Assembly: GCA_015063385.1 (NCBI GenBank)
Contig: SVUG01000008.1
Span: 1,655 to 65,654 of the forward strand
Direction of reading: 5' to 3'
Length of the DNA stretch: 64,000 nucleotides
Source of the DNA: Oscillospiraceae bacterium
GTDB taxonomy: Bacteria; Bacillota; Clostridia; Oscillospirales; CAG-272
Below the pieces are notes generated by a model. That model searched no databases. It saw nothing but the letters and a program-made list of their open reading frames with translations, and was not told the DNA's origin. Shown here in pieces: positions 38,479 through 46,665 of the stretch. The translations under genes and the position numbers were made by a program. Each line of letters begins with the position of its first letter. Position 1 is the stretch's first letter.

Positions 38479-39439
38479 AATCATATTGGCAGAAAAAGCG
38501 TTCGATTTCGCTTTCATAGCCCGATTTATCCACGAAATAGCTCATTCCGTGGTTCGCACCGGGAACGACGAATAGCCGTTTGGGAGCGTTGCAAGCCTTG
38601 TAGTTTTCGTAGGTCATTTCTACAGGAACAAAAGAATCGTCAGTCCCGTGAACGAACAAAACGGGGGTCGTACAGCCACGCATAGCATCGAGCGTTGAGC
38701 ATTCGAGAGGAGTGTGGCCTGTGCGCCTTTTACATTCAGCACTTGCACGCCTTTTATAGAGCCTATACGGCAGGTGGAGATTGTGGCGCACGACGTGTGA
38801 CCATATGTCGTCGGGGGCGGTAAAGCCCGAATCGGCAATAATTCCGTGTACAGCGGCATCAAGTCCAAGATTTGATGACATCAAGACGGTTGATGCGCCC
38901 ATAGAAACGCCGAGCAGATATATCGGCAGTTCTCTTGAAAATCTCTTAACAACCCATTTTATCCACTCGATTATATCATATCGCTCGCAAATTCCAAAGG
39001 TTATATATTCACCGTCGCTTCCCTGCTGAGCTCGCTGCTCTACGTATAAAACGGTTGAATTGTTTTTAAAATATTCACTGACTATGCCAAAATCCCGACT
39101 CCAAGAGCCACGCCAGCCGTGTACGGCTATAATTATTCTTTTAGGCTCGTCCGCCTCCAAGAGATGCCCGCGAAGCCGCGTGCCATCGTAGCCCACTATC
39201 TCCACCTGCTCGGTATTCTCACGCGACAAGTACCTTTCCTTATTGAATAGCTCGCGAACGAAGGCATCACTTCCCGTTATTTTAGTTAGAACGGATTCTC
39301 TGTCCTTCATAAATTTGGGCGCTATGCGATTCATAGCCACGTCACACAGAAGCCTTGCTATAAAATAAGTAGCAAATATAAATAAAATAAGCATCAAAAT
39401 AGCGATGCCGAAAAATAAAAGAAAAGAGGTCAAGGTCAT
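38477..39439 (-). CDS. Membrane-anchored alpha/beta hydrolase (YqkD-like)
   Basis: N-terminal TM, HGW, GVSMGA, HGTDDSFVP, GANHG. Confidence 0.85.
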   Translation of the reverse strand: MTLTSFLLFFGIAILMLILFIFATYFIARLLCDVAMNRIAPKFMKDRESVLTKITGSDAFVRELFNKERYLSRENTEQVEIVGYDGTRLRGHLLEADEPKRIIIAVHGWRGSWSRDFGIVSEYFKNNSTVLYVEQRAQQGSDGEYITFGICERYDIIEWIKWVVKRFSRELPIYLLGVSMGASTVLMSSNLGLDAAVHGIIADSGFTAPDDIWSHVVRHNLHLPYRLYKRRASAECKRRTGHTPLECSTLDAMRGCTTPVLFVHGTDDSFVPVEMTYENYKACNAPKRLFVVPGANHGMSYFVDKSGYESEIERFFCQYD

Positions 39440-39503
39440 AATTCAATCCTTTCCCTCTTATTATTTCTTTTTTAATAAAATAAATGCGCTTTCAGCGCAA
39501 GAA

Positions 39504-39822
39504 TTTAGAGCAAAAGGTGCGATGGCGTCACCGTATTTACCTACGGCAGTCCGAGTAAAAACGATTTTCGAAGAAATTTTGAGCGGAAATTCGTGTTCTT
39601 CGTTGCGCCGGGCGTGGTCACCTACGGCAGTCCGAGTAAAAACAGTTTTCGAAGAAATTTTGTTTAGAGCAAGGAGTGCGATGGCGTCGCCGTATTTACA
39701 TACGGCAGTCCGAGTAAAAACGATTTTCGAAGAAATTTTGAGCGAAAATTCGCGATTCGGCATCGCGCCAGCCGTAGTCACCTACGGCAAGTGTGACGAG
39801 CGCGAATTTGCGCCAAAATTTC
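39504..39822. repeat. Tandem array of four hairpin-family units (A-B-A'-B')
   Basis: About 40-bp core tacggcagtccgagtaaaaacgattttcgaagaaattttg at 39542, 39623 and 39701; 159-bp dimer period; last unit is a complete hairpin (39732-39822). Confidence 0.85.
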
Positions 39823-39831
39823 AAAGAAAAG

Positions 39832-39872
39832 AAAAAGTGGGACACAGCAGGTGTCCCACACTTTCTTTTTTT
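39832..39872 (-). terminator. rplL terminator
   Basis: gtgggacac-agcag-gtgtcccac with flanking A/T tracts. Confidence 0.8.
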
Positions 39873-39880
39873 GGGGTGAA

Positions 39881-40255
39881 TTACTTAACCTCAACCTCTG
39901 CGCCAGCAGCCTTAAGATCTTCAGCGATCTTGTCTGCTTCTTCCTTGGATACGCCCTCCTTGATTGCCTTGGGAGCGGACTCAACAAGGTCCTTAGCGTC
40001 CTTAAGGCCAAGACCGGTGATCTCACGAGCAACCTTGATAACAGCGAGCTTGTTAGCGCCAGCTGCCTTAAGGATTACGTCGAACTCGGTCTTCTCCTCT
40101 GCTGCGGGAGCTGCTGCTGCGCCGGGAGCTGCTGCAACTGCTACGGGAGCTGCGGATACGCCGAATTCCTCCTCAAGTGCCTTTACGAGATCTGCGAGTT
40201 CAAGAATGGTAAGACCCTTTACAAGTTCAAGGATCTGAGTAGACTTTTCGTTCAT
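39881..40255 (-). CDS. rplL: 50S ribosomal protein L7/L12
   Basis: [22 protein letters not shown]. Confidence 0.98.
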   Translation of the reverse strand: MNEKSTQILELVKGLTILELADLVKALEEEFGVSAAPVAVAAAPGAAAAPAAEEKTEFDVILKAAGANKLAVIKVAREITGLGLKDAKDLVESAPKAIKEGVSKEEADKIAEDLKAAGAEVEVK

Positions 40256-40311
40256 TTTAAAATCCTCCGTTATTTAAGAAATTTTATACTGTGTAATTTG
40301 TTTTGCAGAAA

Positions 40312-40857
40312 TTAAGCCTCTGCAGGAGCCTCTTGGGGAGCTGCTTCCTCTGCAGGAGCTGCCTCTCCGTCTTTGTCGATAATTGCCTGAAGTACGTAAG
40401 CAAAGCTGTAAAGGGACGACTGAAGGCTGCCCATCATCTTGCCGATAAGAACTTCCTTAGAGGGAGTTTCTGCAAGAGAGATAACGCCTGCCTGATCAAG
40501 AATACCACCGTCAACGAAGCCTGCCTTGATTTCAAAGCTGTTAATCTTATCAGCAAACTGCTTCATAATCTTAGCGGGAGCGATGGGATCGTCCTGGCTG
40601 AATGCGATAGCCGTCATACCGGAAAGGTACTGCTTCATATCACCGTAGCCTGCGATGTCGCATGCTCTGCCGGTGAGGGTGTTCTTCATAACGGTGTACT
40701 CTACACCAGCCTTACGAAGAGCCGCACGAAGCTCGGTATCTTCACTAACCTTAATGCCTTCATACTTCACGAGAACGCCTGCTGCAGCGGACTGCAACTT
40801 AGCCGCAAGTGTTTCAACGACTTGCTTCTTCTCTTCAAGAATCTTATTGCTTGGCAT
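40312..40857 (-). CDS. rplJ: 50S ribosomal protein L10
   Basis: KNTL, IKAGFVDG, LAETPSKEVL; start 40857 after GGAGG. Confidence 0.96.
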   Translation of the reverse strand: MPSNKILEEKKQVVETLAAKLQSAAAGVLVKYEGIKVSEDTELRAALRKAGVEYTVMKNTLTGRACDIAGYGDMKQYLSGMTAIAFSQDDPIAPAKIMKQFADKINSFEIKAGFVDGGILDQAGVISLAETPSKEVLIGKMMGSLQSSLYSFAYVLQAIIDKDGEAAPAEEAAPQEAPAEA

Positions 40858-40869
40858 TGTTTCACCTCC

Positions 40870-41013
40870 ATAAAAAATCAATAAAAAAACATCCTTTTCC
40901 GATAAAGGCGCACAGCACCCCCGAGAAAAGGACAATCAATAGTAAATATCAGATTATTCTCACCTCGGCAGGAAAGCAAATGCTTTTACCGGAACCTGCT
41001 GTCTTCGGATACG
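40870..41013 (-). ncRNA. L10 leader (autoregulatory cis element)
   Basis: GAAGACAGCAGG...CCTGCCGAGG core followed by a second hairpin, upstream of rplJ. Confidence 0.8.
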
Positions 41014-41018
41014 CAAGT

Positions 41019-41047
41019 ATTATAACAGATAAAGTCCCCTTTGTCAA
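41019..41047 (-). promoter_or_regulatory. Consensus sigma-A promoter for rplJL
   Basis: TTGACA-17-TATAAT with TG extension. Confidence 0.85.
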
Positions 41048-41106
41048 GGGGTTTTTGAAAAATATTTTTAATAAAAAAACTGCAATGTTTTTTTGCCAAT
41101 CGCCGC

Positions 41107-41325
41107 TTAGGTATGAATATCCTTGCCGTCAGGAACAAACACCATTACGTCCTCAACTCTGCAATCAAGAATTTTGCAAAGGTCATCAAGAGTCACGGTA
41201 GTTATAGGACGGTTGTGCTTCAATCTGTCGAGCAGACCTCGGCTTACATTATATTTATTTACGAGAGTATAGGTAGTCACTCCCTTTTCTTTCATAGTTT
41301 TATATAAAGGTTCATAAGAAATCAT
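41107..41325 (-). CDS. Small Cro/C1-type HTH regulator
   Basis: MISYEPLYKTMKEKGVTTYTL...TLDDLCKILDCRVEDVM. Confidence 0.85.
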   Translation of the reverse strand: MISYEPLYKTMKEKGVTTYTLVNKYNVSRGLLDRLKHNRPITTVTLDDLCKILDCRVEDVMVFVPDGKDIHT

Positions 41326-41366
41326 AAAAACATCACCCTACACAAGTATAACTTGTACTCACAGGC

Positions 41367-41395
41367 TTGACAATTACCAATAAGTTGGGTATAAT
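41367..41395 (+). promoter_or_regulatory. Consensus sigma-A promoter
   Basis: TTGACA-17-TATAAT; palindrome acaagtataacttgt nearby at 41342-41356. Confidence 0.75.
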
Positions 41396-41432
41396 ATTAT
41401 TATCATTATATTGACCACAACGGAGGGACTTT

Positions 41433-41882
41433 ATGTATGGATTTATGACTCCTCAAAAAAGACTGAATATTGTTATTTTGAGAACCGAGGACTTTACCGA
41501 GGATTTGTATAAATACGTAAAAGATTTCCTCATAATGCTGATAGAAAATCATGCCATAAACTCAATAATGGCGGGCGGTGACAGAAAGGATACGATTTAC
41601 AGAATTTTCTGCGAGCTTGCGGTTAAATATCCCCGAAATAGTTTTTCTATCCTTTTATCAAATGATGAGCTCGCTTATGAGGAAAGTGACGTACCGGGAG
41701 TGCAAATATTTGCATTGGATCCTGACATTGCGTACGGTTCAGCGAGAGACCCTGCAAGCAAGCGTGACAATGCGCTTCTGCAACTCGCCGATATACTGAT
41801 TTGCCGAAGGGGCTCAAACTATGACGCTGATAGTGTTAATCTGAAAAAATTTAATCCTAATCTTAAAATTATACCATTTTAA
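41433..41882 (+). CDS. Hypothetical protein, possibly SLOG/YpsA-like
   Basis: GGAGG RBS; KRDNALLQLADILIC resembles the SLOG RN..M...D.LI motif. Confidence 0.55.
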   Translation: MYGFMTPQKRLNIVILRTEDFTEDLYKYVKDFLIMLIENHAINSIMAGGDRKDTIYRIFCELAVKYPRNSFSILLSNDELAYEESDVPGVQIFALDPDIAYGSARDPASKRDNALLQLADILICRRGSNYDADSVNLKKFNPNLKIIPF

Positions 41883-41913
41883 TTAAAAAATGCACTCGTT
41901 TTGAGTGCATTTT

Positions 41914-42849
41914 TTAATAGCTTGTTTTATCCTTAAGGACTCTGTAAATCGAGCGGTAGGACTCAAGGCGGGTGGGGGCAATTTTGCCCTCGGCGGCGGC
42001 CTTTGCTACGGCACATTCGTCCTCGCCCTCTCCGACGTGGGCACAGTCTGCGTAGCGGCACTTGCCGACGTAGGAAACAAGCTCGGGGAAAGTTGGAATA
42101 AGCTCGTCGAGCGAGAAGAAATCAAATCTTGCGAAATCTATCAGCGAAAAGCCGGGAGTATCGGCAAGCAGTCCGGTATCGGCGGTATTCTCGATGTCAA
42201 AAATCTCGACGTGGCGCGTGGTGTGTCTGCCGCGTTCAATTTTGCGCGAAATTTCCGAGGTTGCAAGAGCAAGACTCGGGAAAAGGGCGTTCATAAGAGT
42301 GGATTTTCCTACTCCCGAAGCGCCTGCAAAAGCGGCAGTTTTTCCACTATTTACTTCATTTTTTATATATGAGGCAAGCGAGGCTATTCCCTCCCCCACC
42401 TCTGACGAGGTAATAAAGGTTGAAAATCCCGCAAGCTTGTAAATTGCCGCGTATTCCTCTGCTGCGTCACCCTGCAGGTCGGACTTCGTGATAACGATAA
42501 CCGGGGTAATGCCGTTGTGCACCGCTATTGCTATGAGCTTGTCGACCGTTTCTATAACCGGCTGGGGCTTTGCAGCGGCGAAAACTATAAAGAGATAATC
42601 GAGGTTTGCAAGTGGGGGACGTATGAGCGCGTTGCGACGCTCCAAAATAGAGGAAATCACCACTCCGTCAGGCGTCTCGTCGTCGATGGTGACAACCACG
42701 TCGTCACCGATAAGAAGCTTTTCCTCATCACGCTTGAGATTTCCCTTTGCGCGACAGGAAAGGCGGCTTATCGCACCGTCCTCTGCTATTCTGATTTCGT
42801 AAAGTCCGCCAAGGCCCTTGGTGACCTTGCCTCTTTTTTCTGTAATCAA
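41914..42849 (-). CDS. rsgA: Ribosome small subunit-dependent GTPase A
   Basis: TKSD, GASGVGKS, RGRHTTR, DTPGF, CRYADCAH..C. Confidence 0.97.
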   Translation of the reverse strand: MITEKRGKVTKGLGGLYEIRIAEDGAISRLSCRAKGNLKRDEEKLLIGDDVVVTIDDETPDGVVISSILERRNALIRPPLANLDYLFIVFAAAKPQPVIETVDKLIAIAVHNGITPVIVITKSDLQGDAAEEYAAIYKLAGFSTFITSSEVGEGIASLASYIKNEVNSGKTAAFAGASGVGKSTLMNALFPSLALATSEISRKIERGRHTTRHVEIFDIENTADTGLLADTPGFSLIDFARFDFFSLDELIPTFPELVSYVGKCRYADCAHVGEGEDECAVAKAAAEGKIAPTRLESYRSIYRVLKDKTSY

Positions 42850-43907
42850 GACTTTTGTTCGTCCTTTTTCAGCATATTTGAGCGTCTGAGCTGTCCACAG
42901 GCGGCATTCACGTCGCTGCCGAGTCTGCGTCTTACGGTTGCGGTAATTCCGCGTTTTTCAAGAGTCTTTGCAAACGCATTGACCGATTCTACGCTTCCCT
43001 TTTTGAAGCCTGTTTCCTCCACCTCGTTCACTCTGATGAGATTTACGTGAATCGGCGCGCCCGTGCCGCGAAAGGCAGCGGTGAGCACTGCGGCAAGCTC
43101 CTCGGCATCTGATACCGAGTCGTTTTTGCCCGAAATCAAGGTATATTCAAAGGAAATACGTCTGCCCGTCACCTTGTAATAGGAAACGCAGGCGCTAAGA
43201 AGCGCATCTATATTCCACTTATTATTTATCGGCATAATCTCCGAGCGACGAGTGTCGTTTGCCGCGTGCAAGGATATGGAGAGCGTTATCGGAATATCTA
43301 TTTCGGCAAGCCTTTCTATTCCCGACACCACTCCGCAGGTGGAGAGCGAGATGTGCCGATAGCCGATATTCAAGCCGTCGGGGTGATTGACAAGACGAAG
43401 AAATTTCACAACGTTATCAAAATTATCAAGCGGCTCGCCAATGCCCATCATAACTATATTCGAGATGCGCTCACCCGAATCGCGCTGTACCATTATTACC
43501 TGGCCGAGAAGCTCGGATGGCAAAAGGTCGCGCACTCTGCCGCCAATGGTGGAGGCACAGAATTTGCAGCCCATGCGGCAGCCGACCTGGCTGGAAATGC
43601 AGACGGTATTTCCGTGCTTATAGCGCATCAGAACGCTCTCGATACAAGCACCGTCGTGAAGGCGGAAAAGATATTTCACAGTGCCGTCGATTTTCGACAC
43701 GTGCTTTTCCTCAACGTACGGCAACGCATCGAGGGTTTCTTCAGAAAGACGCGCGCGAAGCGCCTTTGAAAGATTGGTTATTTCAGAAATACGCTCGCCT
43801 CGGTGAAGCCTTTCAAAGACCTGCTTTGCGCGGAATTTCGGCTCACCTAGTGAGATAAAATACTCGCAAAGCTCCTCGGGTAGCATTGAATAAATATCTG
43901 TTTTCAT
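42846..43907 (-). CDS. rlmN: 23S rRNA m2A2503 methyltransferase
   Basis: CISSQVGCRMGCKFC, MGIGEP, AACGQL. Confidence 0.97.
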   Translation of the reverse strand: MKTDIYSMLPEELCEYFISLGEPKFRAKQVFERLHRGERISEITNLSKALRARLSEETLDALPYVEEKHVSKIDGTVKYLFRLHDGACIESVLMRYKHGNTVCISSQVGCRMGCKFCASTIGGRVRDLLPSELLGQVIMVQRDSGERISNIVMMGIGEPLDNFDNVVKFLRLVNHPDGLNIGYRHISLSTCGVVSGIERLAEIDIPITLSISLHAANDTRRSEIMPINNKWNIDALLSACVSYYKVTGRRISFEYTLISGKNDSVSDAEELAAVLTAAFRGTGAPIHVNLIRVNEVEETGFKKGSVESVNAFAKTLEKRGITATVRRRLGSDVNAACGQLRRSNMLKKDEQKS

Positions 43908-43914
43908 ACTTCTA

Positions 43915-45222
43915 CTACTTTTTAATTATTTTTGCCATAAAGAATCCGTCGGTTTTATGTATATGCGGAAGCATATAGAGCATTCCGTCCTTGGAGTTAA
44001 GCGAGCCGACGGTGAAATCTGCAAGAGCGAAATCGGAGTTGTTTTCAAGGAATTTTTCTACCACGCACTCGTTTTCGGCAGGGTTCAGGGTGCAGGTCGA
44101 ATAAAGCAGCTCTCCGCCCGACTTTAAATAGCCTGCCGAGGCGGTAAGAATATCAAGCTGAAGCGGCGGAAGAGAGGTGAGCGCCGCAAGGTCCTTATAT
44201 CGCAAATCAGGCTTCTTGCCAAGCACGCCAAGACCCGAGCAGGGCACGTCGCAGATTACTCTGTCGGCCTTGCCAAGAAGGCTCTCGTCCGGAGTAAGAG
44301 CATCGCGCTCACATGCCGATATAGAGCCAAGTCCGAGTCTTTTCGCTCCTGACTCGATAAGCGATAGCTTGGACTCGTGAAGGTCAAAGGAATAAATTCT
44401 TCCGGAGTCGCCAGACAAAATCGCAGCGGCAAAGCTCTTGCCGCCCGGTGCGGAGCAGACGTCAACCGTCACACCGTCGGATATAGGAGAAAGTGCCACA
44501 GAGGACACTGCCGAGGCTCTGTCCTGCACGAAGAAAAGTCCGTCAGAGAAGCCGGGAAGCCTCTCGGGATTCACAGACGAGTCTATGCGAATTGAATGTG
44601 GAAAATCTGCATATTCAAGCGCTAAAACGCCCGATTTTTCAAGCATATCAAGATATTCCGCCACGGAAATTTTCGTAGTGTTTATGGTAATATCGGTGTA
44701 CTTTTCGGTGTTATAAAACTCTAAAATTTTCTCGGCATTCTCCCTGCCGTAAAGCGCATCAAAATGCTTGACTATTCCGAGCGGAAAGGAGTACTTAACC
44801 GAGAGATAACGCTTATAATTTTTCTCCTCGGGTGGCATTGGAAGCGAGTCCCGTTCCCTTGCTGCGCAGCGAAGTATGCCGTTGACGAATGCCGACTCGC
44901 CCTTGGAGCGCGCGAGCTTGACGGTTTCGTTAACCGCTGCAAAATCAGGCATGCTCGTCATATCGAGCAGCTGGCAAAGACCAAGGCGCAAAATATTACG
45001 CGTATGTGGGTTTATATCCTCCTGCGAGCGCCCTGAAAGCGCAGAGATATAGTAATCGTATGTTAACTTTCTCTCAACCGCGGTATAAAGAAGAGCTGTA
45101 AGCTGTGCGCGCTCCTCGCGGGTGAGGTTATCAGCCTTGTGTGAGGCGAGCGAGAGATTTATATACTTTCCGCCTGCCTCGTATTCGTCAAGAATACTGA
45201 GTGCTATCTGTCTTATATTCAT
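43915..45222 (-). CDS. rsmB: 16S rRNA m5C967 methyltransferase
   Basis: NusB-like N-terminus, DVCSAPGGK, DVPCSGLG, YSTCT. Confidence 0.96.
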   Translation of the reverse strand: MNIRQIALSILDEYEAGGKYINLSLASHKADNLTREERAQLTALLYTAVERKLTYDYYISALSGRSQEDINPHTRNILRLGLCQLLDMTSMPDFAAVNETVKLARSKGESAFVNGILRCAARERDSLPMPPEEKNYKRYLSVKYSFPLGIVKHFDALYGRENAEKILEFYNTEKYTDITINTTKISVAEYLDMLEKSGVLALEYADFPHSIRIDSSVNPERLPGFSDGLFFVQDRASAVSSVALSPISDGVTVDVCSAPGGKSFAAAILSGDSGRIYSFDLHESKLSLIESGAKRLGLGSISACERDALTPDESLLGKADRVICDVPCSGLGVLGKKPDLRYKDLAALTSLPPLQLDILTASAGYLKSGGELLYSTCTLNPAENECVVEKFLENNSDFALADFTVGSLNSKDGMLYMLPHIHKTDGFFMAKIIKK

Positions 45223-45242
45223 TTCTCGCTCCTTTCAAAAAT

Positions 45243-46178
45243 TTACTCTAAAATATCTCCAAGGGAAATCTTCCTGCCGCGGATAAAATCGCCCGCGCTC
45301 ATTTTGCCCTTGCCCTCGGGAATGATAGCCGTTATTTTAAGCGCGCCCTCGCCGCAAGCAACCGTGAAATAGCCCTCGCCCTTATCAGAGAGGTCGATTA
45401 CCCTGCCTATCTCACCGTTTTTCTCTATGGGAGTCGCCTTGTTAATCTTCAGCATTTTGCCATTGAGATAAGCGAATGCTCCCGGAATAGGTGTGACTCC
45501 TCTTATGATAAAATCAAGCTTTTTAGCAGATAATGCAAAGTTAAGTTTGCAATCTTCCTTTTCAACCTTGCTTGCATAGGTCGCAAGGCTATCGTCCTGC
45601 TTGATTCTTTGTATTTCGTTTTTCTCTATTTTTTCAATAGTTTCGGAAAGCAAGCCGCCACCTATAAGCGCGCTGCGGTCGTGTATCGCCTCAAAGTCGT
45701 CAGTAGGGCCAATCGGGAATTTAGAAACCGAGAGAATATCTCCCGTGTCAAGCCCCTCGTCCATATACATCACCGTCACTCCCGTCTCGCTCTCGCCCTC
45801 CATAATGGCGCGCTGCATAGGCGCTGCACCGCGATATTTAGGCAAAAGGGATACGTGTAGATTGATACAGCCGTAGCGTGGGTAGTCGATAACCGATTTC
45901 GGCAAAATCTTGCCGTATGCTACAACGACGATAAGCTCGGGCTTATACTCGTCAAGTATTGCGGCAAACTCCTCGTCACGCAGAGTTTTCGGGGTATATA
46001 CGGAAATACCGTGCTCAAGCGCCAGCGCCTTGACGGGCGTGGGAGTCATCGTATTGCCGCGGCCTCTGGGCTTATCCTCGCGGGTGACTACGGCGCATAT
46101 ACCGTGACCGTCCTCAATAAGACTCGAAAGACATGTAGCCGCAATCTCGGGCGTGCCCATAAACATTATATTTTTCAT
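45243..46178 (-). CDS. fmt: Methionyl-tRNA formyltransferase
   Basis: FMGTPE, INLHVSLLPKYRGAAP. Confidence 0.97.
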   Translation of the reverse strand: MKNIMFMGTPEIAATCLSSLIEDGHGICAVVTREDKPRGRGNTMTPTPVKALALEHGISVYTPKTLRDEEFAAILDEYKPELIVVVAYGKILPKSVIDYPRYGCINLHVSLLPKYRGAAPMQRAIMEGESETGVTVMYMDEGLDTGDILSVSKFPIGPTDDFEAIHDRSALIGGGLLSETIEKIEKNEIQRIKQDDSLATYASKVEKEDCKLNFALSAKKLDFIIRGVTPIPGAFAYLNGKMLKINKATPIEKNGEIGRVIDLSDKGEGYFTVACGEGALKITAIIPEGKGKMSAGDFIRGRKISLGDILE

Positions 46179-46188
46179 ATAAAAATCC

Positions 46189-46656
46189 TTATCTGAAGTC
46201 CTTATCGGTAAGCGCTCTTATCTGCACGTCGGTGTAGAGCTTGCCGTCGAGGTGGTCACACTCGTGACAAATTGCTCTGGCAAGCAGGTCGTGGCCTGTC
46301 ACCTCAAACTGCTCACCGTGGCGATTAGTCGCTCTGACGGTGACTGCCGAGGGACGCTTGGTAATTCCGTACTCGCCGGGATTGGAAAGACAGCCCTCCT
46401 GCTCGCACTGCTCGCCTGCAAAGGCGATAATCTTTGGGTTAATAAGCTCGATAACCTTGCCGTCCTCAACCTCAATAACTGCTATACGGCGCAAAACTCC
46501 GACCTGTACTGCCGCGAGTCCGCAGCCGCCTGCCTCACGCATGGTGTCTATCATATCGTCAAGGAGCGTTATGATTCTGGGTGTAATTTCATCAACCGGG
46601 CGCGATACCTTTCTGAGTATCGGGTCACCGAATTTTACAATCTTTAAAGTTGCCAT
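46189..46656 (-). CDS. def: Peptide deformylase
   Basis: GCGLAAVQ, EGCLS, HECDHLDG. Confidence 0.97.
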   Translation of the reverse strand: MATLKIVKFGDPILRKVSRPVDEITPRIITLLDDMIDTMREAGGCGLAAVQVGVLRRIAVIEVEDGKVIELINPKIIAFAGEQCEQEGCLSNPGEYGITKRPSAVTVRATNRHGEQFEVTGHDLLARAICHECDHLDGKLYTDVQIRALTDKDFR

Positions 46657-46665
46657 TTCTACCTC

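Noticed and set aside
39542-39740. CRISPR array (40-bp repeat x3, about 40-bp spacers)
   Set aside because: The spacers are homologous to each other and to dispersed hairpins elsewhere; there are no cas genes in the window.
39405-40238. 277-aa plus-strand ORF with internal repeats
   Set aside because: It reads through the intergenic repeat array and antisense to rplL; not a credible gene.
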